Below are positions 13,939 to 32,352 of a stretch of 64,000 nt of DNA, piece by piece. Numbering within the stretch: position 1 is the stretch's first letter; every line of letters begins with the position of its first letter. The notes under the pieces were generated by a model. That model was not told the DNA's origin and did no database searches. It saw only the letters and a list, made by a program, of their open reading frames with translations. Source of the stretch: the human T2T-CHM13v2.0 reference genome, Homo sapiens; NCBI RefSeq assembly GCF_009914755.1, contig NC_060938.1; one strand, written 5' to 3'. Position numbers and translations under genes: made by a program.

Positions 13939-16900
13939 CACTTGAAGATTTTAAAACAATTTTTAGCTTTGTGGGCTGGGCAAAATCAGGCAGTGGTAAG
14001 ATTTGGCTTACTGAACAAAATTCACCAACCCCTGTGTTTGAGTATGGATACAACTAATTACCCCAAAAATAACCAAGGAGGTTTTCTAAAACCTAGCTAT
14101 AACAGTTTGATTAGCTAGAACAGGATGGAAGCCAACCTGTTTGTGGATCTGGTGCCTGCGGGATCAAATATCTTTGGAGAGTAAGACCAATTAACTTCTT
14201 AAATGATGACTGTAAGTCACACTGCAGGAAGACCTTTACTTGTATTTGTGGATGCAGGCAAAAGAGTTTTCTTGTAAGTTCACATAGAACAATGTAATCC
14301 ACAAGACAAATGGCTCAAATGATATGTTCCACTAATGCTTTAATATTATTATAAATAATTATATAGTAATAATATGAATTCTACTCAACATTAAAATGTC
14401 CGCATATTTTAGATCTGTCACATCATAGGGAGATACAGAGGGCTTTCTTCAATCACCTTATCAAAAGTAGCCAACATGACCTAGCAGTCTATATTAGGTC
14501 ATCTTCCAGGATTAATAACAAAGAATGTCAGAATATTCAGTAAGTTCTTCAAGTTGTATTTGGAACTCTTTTCTTCCCATGCAAAATGTGAAGGAGTCAA
14601 TGATGTGAAGATTTTCTCTTTAATGTGGTTTTCCATATACGGTAGAGTCAAGAAGAGCCCCCAAGGGCATAACTCAAGTAATCACTTCATAAAAGGTAAA
14701 AATTTGAATATGGAGGAAGTATTAAAACAACATAAAATTTTTTAAAGGTATCAATATTTTACAATGTGGAACAGGGTATTACAATCTGGGTAGCAGTTTT
14801 GTAATTATCTCCTTATCAGAAATACTACGGCCCAAAATGTAATTAACTGCAACTAGTTCCATGTGTATTCAAAACTATAGTTCAGAAATTCCAAAAACAA
14901 AAATAATTTCACATATACTTCTTGGGAAAGATAAAATATTTACATGGTTTAACAAAACATGATTTCAGAGTAAAACATTCAAATTCTGAGGATCAAGACC
15001 AGCTTAATTTTGTTAAAAATTTCAACTCTTACCCAAATACATCTGTCCAGTGCTATGTAATAAGAAAAACATCTGTCTGTTTTACATTAGCAATTATTGT
15101 ACTTTTATTACCAGCCAACTTATTTTGTGTTGAATGTCTCAGCTGCAAACAATAAAACAGATGTGGCCAATTCCTACAAGAGCTTTTATCTATAATCAAC
15201 AAATTACTCTGCCAACTTTTCCTCCACTTTCTATATAAAAGTGAAGGTTCTTAAGGTCATTTATTGCCTTATGTTAAGACACAAATGTTCTATTGCAGTA
15301 TTTACAATGAGGAAAAACAAACAAGATTCACAAAAGAACCTGTGACAGTCTTAGTAAAAACACTTTTGTGTATAAAACTTATACTAAATGACTACGGCAC
15401 ACTTCATAAACTGTTACATGTCTGAAAGTTATTTATGAACTTAATGAGAAAGAAATCATATTCACCCATTTATAATAGGTCCACATTCTCACCTTCCTCA
15501 AAACATATTTCCAGGGGCTTCCATTTTAGTAATTTCTTGTATTTATTAGTGGATGAATAGCCACGTGGCAACCTCTAATATTCAACTGGTCTAAAGCTCT
15601 CTCTTCAGGGGTCATTATAGTATTCTCCCTTTACAAGTTTCTTGACATTCTCACCTCATAAATATCTCCTGCATTGTTTCTCCAGTATTTTCATCTCTAC
15701 TCTTTTTCTGATCTCTATCCCACAAAGTAAAAAATTAATATATTTGTCTTGAGGGGCGTCAGGGATCATTTTAAATATAGTAGTATGGCCAATAATACAC
15801 ATTCTTTTACTTGAGATTCTAAAATCAAATGTGTTATTAAATAGCTTTAAGTTATAAGACAAAATTCTTTCCACCTGGTAGTTTTAGCTTATGTTATATA
15901 TTGGAAATATTATATAATTTTTACTTTCTTTTTCTACTGTTGCTTATTTAAGTAAAAGTTCAATTTTAAAGAACTGCTTGCTAATTTATAATGTACTCAA
16001 TGGAAAGTCTCTCAATACGCTAATAAATAAGAGATTAAACTCATTTGGCAGTATTGAGGAAATCACCCCAGATATATTAAGTAAACATAACTTAAATTTG
16101 AGAAATGTTAAATATAAGAATATGTTTTTAAATCTGCAAACTGGTGTAATTTATTGATGACTAACATGGTTCTGTTTTTCATCAATTACTGAATTCCAAA
16201 AGTCTTACAAATTTGGATTGGTTGCTTTCCTGAGTATTCAGTCATTCTTATAATTTCAAGGCTGATGTTGCTTGGAAACCTGCATAAACACTCCATGTCT
16301 TTTCAGAGAAGGAAATAAAAAACTCCTTGGCACTATTTTCTTTTTAGATGGAGAGATCTATAAAACTAGACAAAATATACTTTTATTTATTTAAAAGCCC
16401 AGCGCTGTTTACAAAAATCTTGGAGATTTTTTTAAAAGACAGGTTTGCTAAATTTTAATGTTAGAAAATAAAAAAAATACTCACTTTATCAGCATATGAA
16501 CCATATCATCATTTTATTCCTTCATAATTAGCTACATTTTATCTGAAAGAAACACTAATACTGGGTGGTAAATTGCATGTTTCAGTTTTGCCTTGAATTT
16601 AGAATCAAGGGGATAAGAGCTAAAAACAATTTGTCGTTATTTTTCACCAATACCTGCTACCTTCAAGTGGTCCAAAATAATTTATGGGCAAATCTACTTC
16701 TTAAGGCAATGTGGTCTTGCAAATGCATGATAAACCAGTGATGTGTATGTTATTAAAGAAAATCATAGGCACATCAGCTATGTGAAAAAGTGGCTAATAA
16801 CTCCCAAAATACGGCCATCCCAAATGCAAGAGTCTGTACCAGAATCTTGGACATCCTGGAGACTTCAGAACTTTGGGCATCCTGAGGATGCCTGGGTCTA

Positions 16901-18374
16901 GCTCACAGAAGAATCACCTAAGGTAAAGTCCAATGAGGTGCTCTGGGCCACTGCAGCTGTGTGGCCCCAAGGAAAACTGTTTAAAACTGTGCATGGAAAA
17001 GAGAACTCTGCTCACTAGGTGAAGTCATGAGCTATGGTGCTTTCCCTGGAAAACACCCCCAAAGTCTGTTATATTTTCAATGACTGATACCAGGAGTCAA
17101 TGGGCTAGCTGTGTGGTCTGAAGCCTGGCAGTGGGACAATTTAGATGACCTCGTTCCAGTTTCTGTGGAGATGAGCGTTATAGTTGCAGGCTGTACAAGT
17201 CTCACATTTCTTGTTCATGATTCATGTTGATGCCCATGGGAAAGTACCCTTTGAGGATGAGCATCACCAGAATCAATAAGCTGATCAGACTTGCACTGCC
17301 TTGGTAGAGACCACAGTCACCTGAATACATCATTGCCCAGAGCATGGTAACCCATCTCCAATTCAGGATACCGCCAAAAACAAAACAAAACAAACAAATA
17401 AAAAAAAAAAAACCTTAGTGATTCTCTAACACGTAAGGTCAAGGATATGTGTGCTCTTGACTATCAACTACACAGTTAAGTAGCAAAGGGAACTCTGGAG
17501 CCTATAGCTAGGGGTACCAGACATGTCTGTCAAGTAGACCATATAGTTCTTAAGGATACTACTTGGCACTGACAGCAGTAGACACCTTCCTAGGTTGTCC
17601 ATTGTCATCTCTATCCACACAGTAGAGAGGCCATACTATTCAAAGACAGACGGACTATTTCACACATGTCGATTTCTCAAATGTACCCAATCAGACAATA
17701 GTGTGGCCTTTAGAGTAAAACTACCCAGCAGTGAGCAGATATTTGAGACATTCACTGGACCTTTTATGTCCCATATCATCTTCAGGCAAGAGGTACAATG
17801 AAAGACAGAATAGATTCTCAAAGAAGAAACTAAAAAAGGTAACTAGAGCCTAAAAACGGCTTGGCTCCCAGAGGCATACACACTTAAGAAAAGCAGTCTG
17901 GGTTCTAAGTGTGGCAATTCCCCAGAAGGGTCCCTTTCAGCTAAACAGAATGTTTAATTATGAGGTTTGAGGGGAAGGGAGAAGGCCCAGACTTGCTATA
18001 AAAGACCAAAAACACATGGTTAATCTTTCTCACACCACTTCCTCACATACTGTATCCCTGGAAAATCAGGGTGCTGGAATTTTCAAGTAGTAAAGTACTG
18101 GGGTTGGAAGACTCTAACCTGTTGACTCTTTTACTGTCCTGTTATGCTTACTAGGTTTAGGCAGTTAGGGATAATCATGATAATGATGATGAATATGAGG
18201 TCACAACTCCTATGGTATCTCCAATGTGGCCTACATTTCAAGGAGCAAAAGATGTTCTAAGATGGTACAATGCATATTGTATATAATGAAGAAACTGCTA
18301 AGCCACGTAGGGCCAACTCCAGGCCATATAGTATGGGTAAGGTAGAGGGTGGATTAGAAAAAGAGTGAAACAAT

Positions 18375-18407
18375 TGCTGCAGGGACTGATCATGCTGCAG
18401 GGACTGA
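18375..18407. repeat. Tandem duplication, 18-bp period
   Basis: TGCTGCAGGGACTGA occurs at 18375 and 18393. Confidence 0.85.
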
Positions 18408-19004
18408 AACACATGGCTGTGGGAAGACAGTAACCCTGGCTGTAGAAAAAAGAATACCTTAGACACCGGCACACCCAGGGTGGGTAGAAGAAACATTAAT
18501 ATTTCTCAGCTCTTAGCCACCGAGCCAGTATTACCCAGACTACTGCTTTCAGCTCAACTGTTGACCAATGAAGAATCTTAATCTAAGGAAAGCTGCTGAT
18601 TGCAGGAGTGAACAAGCCACATAACAAGATTAATTTTCGGGACACTGTTATGATTCCCTTTAGCCGAATCCTACTATTGTTGGTGCCCTGTGGTCTTCTT
18701 CTAATACTTAAGGAAAGACAAACTCTTTTGTATATTCTTCACATATTAAAGCTGACCACTCTAAACTCTCTGGTCCAGTGGTGATGAAAAGTCTAGGAAG
18801 CCCTGGAGTTCCTCCCGGCCAGCTGAAGTGAGATATGTGTGATTGCCAACACCACTTGCTGCATTCTCAATTTATGACGTGAATGGCTTGGCTCTGGATG
18901 AGGAGCTTGGCTAAGGTCTATCCAACAAGTACACCCGATCACCCTACTAGGAGGCATATTTGCTCTCAGCCCCTAAAAGTACAATTAAGTGTAGTATCTA
19001 ATGA

Positions 19005-19340
<336 letters not shown>

Positions 19341-19383
19341 TGAGGAATTGTTACCTGATATGGGAAAGGTCAAGGGTTGGAGT

Positions 19384-20187
<804 letters not shown>

Positions 20188-21149
20188 AATAAGTTATGGT
20201 ATATTCATCCTATTAAATAATATACAGCAGTAAAAATGAATGAAGAAAGTATCAACCCGGAAAGATTTATCAAACATTCTGTTAAGATTAAAAAAGCAAG
20301 TATAATATGTTCATTTAGGCTTACAAAGAAAAATACACCTACAAATGTGCCTATATATAAATAAATATATATCAGTATAAATGTATAGATAATTATCTGA
20401 AAGCAAACAGATCAGATCTATAATACTTATCTCTGGGAAAAGACTGGAAGCGTAGGTAAAATGTTACTTGCGCTGTTTATTCTACATCTACTGTTCTTGA
20501 ACTTTTCAAAAAAGTATTCAGGAATTATCCATGCAAACAAAGGAGATCATTCAAAGGATGCTAAAAACACTGCTTCCTATTACTTATGTATTAGAACCCA
20601 TTAACAATTAAGTTTCTTATGTGTGTGAGGGGTTGGGAGGGCAGAAAAAAAACATAAAAAGTATGACTACTATGTGTAAGTATTAAGTAAATAAATTACA
20701 GAAACCAAACCTATTTCATCTAAATATCATCCTTTCTAAAATTCCTCAAGGCAAGAATCCTAAATATAATAATTATAACAATACGAATGACATTAACAAT
20801 AATGAACATTAACAACCAAAAACAACACTTACTGAATATTTTGCATGTGACAAGTACTGTGAAGAGACATTAATATGTACATTCATTCTATACAGAATGT
20901 TAGCAGTCTCCACCTAAACCCACTACTAATAGGAAAGTCATTATTTTACAAGGCATGTTTTATTTGTTGGATGGGTACAAAAACTAGAGCAGTATTTCAT
21001 ACATAAGTCAGTACTAAATTAACTTCAGCAGAAAAAAATCCATCTACTCCTTCTTTATTTAGAGTCTGTCAAATGTGTGATGATAGCAATTTTAGATTTC
21101 CCTTAATTAAGCATACTTATTGATCAAATTTGTTTTCACACAATATGTA

Positions 21150-22590
<1,441 letters not shown>

Positions 22591-23049
22591 CATGTTTTAC
22601 GAGACTTTTGTACCTTTTGAGGGCAGAGGGTATTTCATTTTGATATCCATATCTTATGAATGCCTGGAATATATTTGGTGAGAAACAACTTCAAACAAAT
22701 TTCAAATAGTATGTCTAAACTCTTTTACTATAAAATTCTTTATTTCATTTTTCCAAGTGAAGATGTACTAAAAACATCATAAATAAAATGTGATTTTTAG
22801 ATCACCATGCTATATGGTTCAGAAATCTTATTAGAATGTCTATTTTTTCTCTCCTAGCTATTAGATATATTGTCTATAATAGATAACTTTGGTTTCTAAC
22901 TAAAAATGTGATCCTGACATTGATATTCCTATTCACATTTTCATGTTAATGATACAGTCTGTGTAGAATATAATAAGTCTTTCAAATGAAATCAGAGCTA
23001 TCACGTCTGAAATAAAGACAAGGAAAACATTTTGTTCTAATACAACTGA

Positions 23050-23720
23050 CAGGAAGTTAGAAGTCGTCTTGACTTCTCCCTCATCTACCGTATCCAATCA
23101 GTAAACTAATCTTTGGTCTATTTCTTTAGCATTTGTTTATATATAGTCTTTCCTTCATTTCTATCTCTATTTGTAGCCCTCGCTTAGGAGCCACTTATGC
23201 ATTTTGCGGTAATGCAATGGGTAAGTGGTTCCAGCATTAACCACTCCCACTTCCTTCAGTAAAGCCCTCCCTATTGCCATCAGAATAATCTTTTAAAATG
23301 TGAATATACTGATGATAAACCCAGAATGAACATTATTAACAGTCTATCAATGTTTATAGGAAAAGGTACAAATTCAGGAATAATCCATAATACAGCTTCT
23401 AATTTGTATACATTACTCTTTCCTGACCAATACCTAAACTCAAGCTGTAATGATCTACTTGTAAATGTCTCAATTGTTCATGTATTCAACCATTTTTATG
23501 ACTTTGTACATGCTGCCTGTATTCATGAGGAAATCGTTATCAGAAGTTCTGTTTAGATGTTAATTTCTTCTTTTCTATTTCTTATGTCTCTACCCTAAGA
23601 AAATTAACTTCTCTCACTACATGCTTCCTGAGATTAAGAATCCTAGGAAATTCTTATCTTTGCATGCACAGCACCTAGCACAATGCTTAATACATAGCAG
23701 GTATGCAACAAATAGTCCTG
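23050..23720 (+). mobile_element. L2 fragment
   Basis: CTTGACTTCTCCCTC...TCCAATCAGT...GCACCTAGCACAATGCTTAATACATAGCAGGT. Confidence 0.55.
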
Positions 23721-23729
23721 TAAAATCTT

Positions 23730-25530
23730 GATAGAGTGGACAACTCTCTGAGAACAATGTAAATTATCAAAATTCACTCAAAAATAGCCAAGAAATGAAA
23801 AAGGCCTATCAAATAAATATATTCAAATAAGCTCTGTGCTCAGACTGCTGTATGTGATATTTCAAACTATAAATGCAAAGAGAATTTTCATGCTACAAAA
23901 AGTATTCAATACTGAATATAAACTAGTCTATAGAGGAAAAATAGAATGTCTTTAAATTCACTTTACTAATAACTAGCATAACTCTGATAATCAAAATGGA
24001 AAAGAAAGTCACACACAAACTCAGCCATACACAAATGTATGAATGAAGACGTTAAAAATCATAACTAAATATAAGCAACTTAAATCCATCTGTATATTGA
24101 AAAACTGATATACTATAGTTAAATACAGCTTAATACAGAAATGCAAGTGTGGGCTAATATTTGGTAGTACATAAATACAACAAAACATATGTCCAAGATG
24201 TATGTTAAACATGTTTGTCCAAGATGACTGTTAAAGAGCAAGAAACAAATTACTTCTCTATGATTAGGAAAAAATACCCGTCTGAAAACAACAGAAAATA
24301 TCATGAAGGAAAACATTTTTGGCATTTGCATTAAAATTGAAAGAAGTAATAAAATATGAAATAGAAACAGGTATAAAATTACTACTATAAAAATAAAAAA
24401 ACATATAATCACATGGAGATTTTATAACTGGGTAGAAAATGAACTGAAAGCAACAATACTTAACATAATGTTCAATAAAATCAATGGAAATAAAATAGTA
24501 TAAAATTAATAATTATTCTATATGGGCAGGCTGAATAAAGGTCACTCACATAATACACACACCCTAATCCCTAGAACCTGGGAATGTCACTTTATATGGC
24601 AAAGGAGACCTACAGATGTGCCTAAATTAAGGATCTTCTGATGGGGAGATTATCATGGATTATCTGAGTGAGCCCTAAATATAATCACAAGAGGGAGACA
24701 AGAAGGTTAAAAAAGGAAGTAGAAAATGTGATGACAAAAGCAAAAGGATGGAGTGATTCTTAAAAGGGGCTGAGAGTCAAGGAAAGGTAGAAATGACAAG
24801 GAAAGGGATTCTTCCCTAGTGCCTCCAAAGGAACCAGACCTGTTGAGGCTTGATTTTAACCCAGTAAGGCTGATTTTGAACTTTTGGCCATCAGAACTGA
24901 AACAGAATAAATCTGCATTATTTTAGGACACAAAATTAATGTTAATTGTTATAGTGATCACAGGAAACTAATAGACTACAGAAGCATAATAATCAGCTAA
25001 ATATGTAAATTAAGAAATACTAAAAGAGCAACCAGGAATAATATTACATGAAATAAACAACTAGTAATTGCCTTAAGTGACATATTTAGATATCTGTGTA
25101 GAAAAAAGCTTTACTGAGACAGAAAATAATTTTTAAAAAATCTCAGTTCTTATAAGAAATCCTGGATATTACAAGAATATCTTATGCAAACAGTTAATAC
25201 TTTCAATGTGACTTCACTAAAATAAAAACGGATATGGTTTATTTAGGAAGGATAAAGTGGCAAAATAATTTTAAGTTTGTAGAGAAAAAGAAATGTAGCA
25301 ATATACCAGAATAGTTTTTAAAATAAAGGACAATAGGGCCAGGGAATTATTATTCTAGTAGATACTTTACAATACAGAGAGACTAAAAAACAATACATCA
25401 AATAAGGATTAATGTAACAGTGGACCAGAATAAATAGCCCTTTCTCAAAAAACCCTGGCATATGTAAAAATTAAGCAAAAAAATTTAGCATGATTATAGT
25501 ATATATGATTATTCAAAAATTACTATCAGC
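23730..25530 (+). mobile_element. Highly decayed L1 ORF2 remnant hosting an MLT1 LTR
   Basis: A-rich, L1-ORF2-like text (AGCATAACTCTGATAATCAAAA; GACCAGAATAAATAGCCC); boundaries approximate. Confidence 0.5.
24521..24975 (+). mobile_element. MaLR solo LTR, MLT1D-like
   Basis: CCCTAATCCCTAGAACCTG...ATGGCAAAGGAGAC...TTAAGGATCTT...GGGGAGATTATC...AATAAATCTG...AGGAAACTAATA. Confidence 0.85.
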
Positions 25531-25534
25531 AGAA

Positions 25535-26425
<891 letters not shown>

Positions 26426-27504
26426 AAAAGATATAGCTGGCATAACTAGATTACTATTTGGAAAAAATAAAGCGAGAACTTCTACTCTCAAAACCCCCCA
26501 AATCTTAAATTCTATATAAATTAGAGGCATATAACATAAAAAATAAGATCAAACCATAAGTGAGCATATTCATAACCTTCAAATAAGAAAAGTTATTTTA
26601 AGCAAAAACACAAAATGGAAAAAAGGGGGGGAAAGATAACAGACTTTACTATGTAAAAATTTTTTAATTTTGTATGTGACAAACATTCTAATAGTTTTTC
26701 GAGAAAGTTTTAGAGGGAGAGGGCATTCATGGAGAGGAATGGGCCAAGTTTTTAAAAGCACACAATATCAGGAATTAGAACATTTCATAAACACACACAT
26801 ACATACACTACTACTAGGAGAGTAAACTGATTTAATTTTTCTGGAGCATAATTTGGCAATGAATACTCAATGTCTTAAAATACTGTGTATACTATACTCC
26901 TAATGACTCAGGAAATCCACTACTTTATGTTTCAGAATTTATCATAATGGAGGTATTATAAATGAACACAATAACTTAAATACAATAATATGCCCTGTGT
27001 TAAATGTATATTAGCAAAAAAGACTGAAACAAATATATAATAAAGGATTGATAAATATATCAAATGCCTAAGATGAAATAGTGTAGAAATTTTTAAAATC
27101 ATGCTTGTGAAAAATGAAGGGTATATTATTTAAACATGCACATGGTAAAATATTAAGTGAAGAAAAACAAAAAAATTATATATAATTTCTATGTTATAAA
27201 ATATGTAATCAAACTAGAAATAAACTTATGAGCTATTTTTTATCTTCAAATACTTTCCCTAATTCACAAAAATAAATGATAACTCTATATTCAAAAACAT
27301 TTCAAATTAGAATATTGGTAAATGGAAGATCTCAAATGGAAAGTTTTTTTAAATTTCAAAAGCTTCATTGTTTTGATTCTATTAAAGTGCAAAATTCTAC
27401 ATATAAAAAGCCATAAGCAAAAATGAGAGACAATTGGCAAAAAGGGAAAGAACACAAGTATAAGATTATAACAAATGGTTAATGCCCTTATATCATCCAC
27501 TCCA

Positions 27505-28010
27505 CAATATGTATTTATTACCCACCATATGCCCAACAATAGCCCCATACAGTACAGCAGTAAACAAATCAGATTAGATGCCTGTCCCCATGGTTCTTTC
27601 ATTCTTAGTGGAAAGAACAGGCAATAAGTAAGTAATAAATAAGTTCAGACAGTGATAAGTGCTGTGAAGACCTTAAAAGACTATGAGGAGAGAACAAAGA
27701 AAACAAAACAGAGACAGTAATGTGATAGAATGTGAAAGATGTAAGAAGGGATATTATATTAGGAAACTGGGAATAGCTCCTCTATGGATATGACATTTGA
27801 ACTGGAACATGAATGATGAACCTTCTCTCACAGTCATGAGTGAAGATGTAGAGGAAGAGGGATCCAGAAATGGAGAACAAGTGCAAAAGCTAAGAGGCAA
27901 TACAAAACTTGCTTGGCTGAGAAGTGTCCAGATTGTCTACAGCATAAACGGCAGGGGGAAACTGACATAAGAGAATCAGAAAGACTCAGAGCCAAATCAA
28001 GTTGGAACTT
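27505..28010 (-). mobile_element. L2 3' fragment
   Basis: TATTTATTACCCACCATATGCC...CAGACAGTGATAAGTGCTGTGAAG. Confidence 0.55.
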
Positions 28011-28429
28011 TTAGATTATCTCAGGAAATTAATAAGGCCTTTCAAATCAATAAAGAAAATACCCAATATCCCCCAAACAATCAAGACTAGAAATAATCCA
28101 CAACTGAAAAATACAGTTGGTTAATACACACATTAAAATTTGAATCTAAGTAGTAATCAAAGACAAACAAAGTAAAATAGCAAGATACAATTTTCTACCT
28201 TTCAAACTGACAAGCCATCAAAAATCATTGTTACATTCAATGGCAGAGAGGTGAGAAAATGACATGATGTCATTTATTTTAGCAAAACTAAGGAAAAAAC
28301 TAATAATCAAAAATAGATGTGTAATTTAAAAAATTATACTACATTTTTACCATGGAAAAGTTTATGTCGATTAAATTGTATTTCCAAAGAATATTTAATG
28401 TTTAATTATGTTTGATACTTTTGATTACC

Positions 28430-29157
28430 CCATTTCTAATCCATTTACAAATTCTAATAGTGCTCCTCCAAAACATCTTTCCTCTCACCATTTCTACTAC
28501 TACAAGACTTACACCAAGACACCATAATTTCTAGCTGGGACCACAGCAATAACCCCCTAATAATGCTCTTGCCCCCCACTCCTTTCCCTTGTTCATCTTC
28601 TGCACAGCAGGTAAACTAATTTCCTCAGTGTTAATCAGTTCGTAACATTCAACTATCCAATGTCTTCAAATTGTAATTATGGTAAAATTTTAACTCCTCA
28701 CTATGACTTACTGATCTGGCCTGTACATTATCTTAAAGACCTCAACTCCTGCCACATTCTCTTTCTGAAGGATAGCCAACCCACACAGCATTTCTTTCTT
28801 TTCTCTGAGCATGCTAAGCTCATTCTGATCCAAGGACGTTTTTCTTTACTATTCCTGATGACTAGAATGTGACTTTCGTCGTCCTCATCCTTTAGAGTTC
28901 AACTCAAATGATCCTTCTCCTATATCCTAGCTAAAATATACCCCCAAGATATTTTATACCATGCCCTTATTTCTTACATTGTATTTATGCCTCTCTAAAA
29001 TTCTCTATTTGGGTTACACATCTCCCTCTTCTTTTACAAGAATACAAACTCCACGAACATAGAGACTTCCTGTATCCCCAGCATGCAGGACAGTGCCGGG
29101 TACACAGTATTACTAAATAAACACTGAATGAAGAAATGAATGAATGAATGATGAATA
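28430..29157 (+). mobile_element. L2 3' fragment ending in (TGAA)n
   Basis: Pyrimidine-rich L2 body, GTATCCCCAGCATGCAGGACAGTGCC and TGAATGAATGAATG terminus. Confidence 0.65.
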
Positions 29158-30005
29158 AGAATAACAGATTATACAAATAACAGAATGTAAATTACATTAG
29201 GTTCACTAAATGCCACAAAACTTGTGATAGTTATAATATGAAAGCAACACACACCAACGTTAATATAAATACAGACAAATCTGGAAAACAAAACATACAG
29301 GCTTCAGATTTTGTTTCTAAATAAGACAAAATAAAATTAAACTGACTTGAAAAGTTCTTTTCCAAGAAAATAACTGAGACATCAGAATATAAAAAGTGGA
29401 TTTATAAAATTAAGAGCTCTTATGTATATATATGTGTATATGCCTTTATAGATAGATGATAGATGTAGATAAAGATATATACACATAGATACTAAAAGAA
29501 AAAGAGGAGAGAAATGGGAAGAAAACAGGATTATATTAATCAAAGCATTCAAAGTTATAGACTGAAATAATATTTTTAAGAGACTGCATTTAAAATGTTA
29601 TTTTTATATAACACTGACAACTCAAATAATTTAACTAAACATTTCAAAAGCAAGGATAAGCATATATTCAAATTCAGTCTGATATGAATGACAGTACTTT
29701 TGTAATAAAATTTTTCAGAAACTAGTGATTATCTTCAAAGACTATAATAATAAGAGGCAAAGGAAAAAAAAAACAAGCTATCTCTAAAGTTCTAGCACAA
29801 GAAGCAAAAATAGCCTGCTGCAGAGTTACTCCTCTTAGGAGGCCATTGTGTCCTCTTACTAGCATAAATCAGATCCACCCTCAGAATAGTAGTTGGGTTT
29901 AAGTCTTTTGTAACATTTCCAAGGAAGCTTGTTTCCCATTTGTATTTTATCTCTGAAGGAACCACAAAGAGACTAATGTAAAAAAAGAGACCTAAACAAT
30001 TAAAT

Positions 30006-30342
30006 CAGGGGTCCCCAATCAGCCATCCCCACTTCCCCCACACCCCTTCCCTGACCTATTAGGAGCCTGACCACACAAAGGAGGTGAGCCACAGGTGAGC
30101 AAGCATTAAGCATTACCACCTGAGCTCTGCCTCCTGTCAGATCAACTGGGGCATTAGATTCTCACAGGAGTGCAAACCCTATTATGAACTGCCCATGCAG
30201 GGATCTAGGCTGCGTGCTTCCCATGAGAATCTAATGCCTGATGATCTGAGGTGGAGCAGTTTCATCCTGAAACCATCCCCCTCAGGGAAAAATCGTCTTC
30301 CACAAAACCAGTCCCTGGTGCCAAAAAGGTCGGGGGCTGCTG
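30006..30342 (+). mobile_element. MER1B (hAT-Charlie MITE)
   Basis: CAGGGGTCCCCAA...GGCATTAGATTCTCA...CCCTGGTGCCAAAAAGGTCGGGGGCTGCTG; TSD-like pair aattaaat / aattagat. Confidence 0.9.
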
Positions 30343-32316
30343 AATTAGATGACTTTTGCCACAATTATTTCCTCAAAATGGCATGTAACCATATTTTTAA
30401 AAATGGAAACAAAAAGACAACTCAGTTCATCTAAATTATAGTAAAAGCCTACAAACCAGCATGTACTAGCATACTATAAGTAAAATTTGTTTTCACATTA
30501 GTAGCAAACCAAGTGTTCTTAATAATTATTCAGAATTCATTTAAGGTACTTTCCTGGTGGTAACACTAATAAGAGTATCATCAAGTTGGAATAATGTGAG
30601 ATTAATTTTAAACTGTGGCACTGATCTGACTTTCAGCAATCCATTCAATATTTTTAAGACTTAAATACCAGGAATCAACTACTTCACAATTAGTTGAGTG
30701 AACTCAGAAATGATTTATGAGAATATCCTCCATGGAAAGCACAAAGGTGAACAATACGTGCTTTCCACTCTTAAGGAAATACAGTGGTAAAACTAGTACA
30801 CAAACCTATTTTTAAAAACTTATCACTTCTTGTGGTAAGTAATGAGCTAGAGTTTTATCAACAGAGATAGAATAAGCCATACTGATTCAATACAAATCTT
30901 AAAGGCAAAATATTTAGGATCCAGAAAAAAAATTGGATGATATTTAAGTAAAAGGAGAGGAAACAGTCACAAGTATATGGTGAAGACATAAGCAAAGAAT
31001 GATTGGGGTTGGAAGGTAGAATGAGAATAGGGAACTTCTGATTTGGGTTTTCAGGCATGCTGAATCTGTCATACTTTAAAGCACAGTGGGAAAATGTGAA
31101 GTTGGAGTTGCAAAGAGACGCATAAAAACCAAGTATCAATTGATGGCTGTTTTCTTATTTGCACTTTCCCTGTAACATGAGTAAGGTATTTTGTATAGGA
31201 ACACAATCCAGGATTAGTTATGAAATAAAGAACAAGGTATATGAAAAAATTTACAGTTAATCACTTACTTTTTAACTGGACCCACTAAAAGAGGGTTTCT
31301 AAAGTCCTATACAATCTTACAATTCAAAAACAGAATGAGCCATTTATAAGGAAACAAAGGGAAAAACAAGTATTTAAAAGAAATATACTTCAGGTGGCAT
31401 ATTTTAGGAAATTATATTTTTAGGCATCACTTTTCCTATTTTATAATTGATACATACTAGATGCATGCCAAAAAGTCTATTGCATTTTAGTTTCCCCGAG
31501 TATGCTTTCAAAAACAGAAAAACAGAATTTTGTTCTTCCTAATCTCAAAGTTCCATCCTAAGTCGATGTTCACCTTAAACTCAGTGGAAAATACAAGAAA
31601 AATGTATTTTACTGATGTTGTAAATAGAATGTTTGAATTATTGCAAGGGTTGAGGAGCAGGGAAAATCACAGGGATAAACAGTGTTTCTTGATACCTAAA
31701 ACTGAGACTCACTTGGCCATATTTTGTAGTTTGTTTCTTCTTATGAAAATACACAAAATGTTATTGCTATAAGAAGTATGACTGCACACAAGTAATCATA
31801 TATATTATATATTATAATATCTGGCACCTTATTGAGCTGATTCTGAGATCTGCCATCTATATCATTTAACCTAATGTAAAGGTCAGAATATCCATTCACT
31901 AAGATTCCTAAGCCAATAAGTGCTAACAGATAAAATTATCAAAATTAAATATTAAAATGTCACCAGTCATATTGGTGCAAGTCATTAGGTAAGGTAAACA
32001 TATCTATTAAAAACTTCATATTTCCAACAACATGAAAATAAGGAAGAAAAAAGATCACTGGGCTATTATATGGCAAGTTGATTTATCATCTTTCAGCCTT
32101 TAACAATGTGATTTGAAGGGAAAATATGCTTTCTCTTTTCTTAGTATACCATCTGTACTCATCTGGAACTTTCCAGGAAAAAGAATTTTTAAATAGAGGT
32201 AATTTTTCAATTTTCTCTACTTAAAATGCTTTTTGGATTTCTTGGTTATCTAATTTTTACTTATTTGCCTGACTATATGTATTAAATAATTCTACTTTTG
32301 ACTAAATTTCAGTAAT

Positions 32317-32352
32317 AAAGACTGCATTATTATAAAAAGACTGCATTATTAT
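32317..32352. repeat. Tandem duplication, 19-bp period
   Basis: AAAGACTGCATTATTAT occurs at 32317 and 32336. Confidence 0.85.

Noticed and set aside
17595-17801. 68-aa ORF as a functional integrase
   Set aside because: Only the QSDNSVAF part is in the pol frame; the adjacent motifs need frameshifts.
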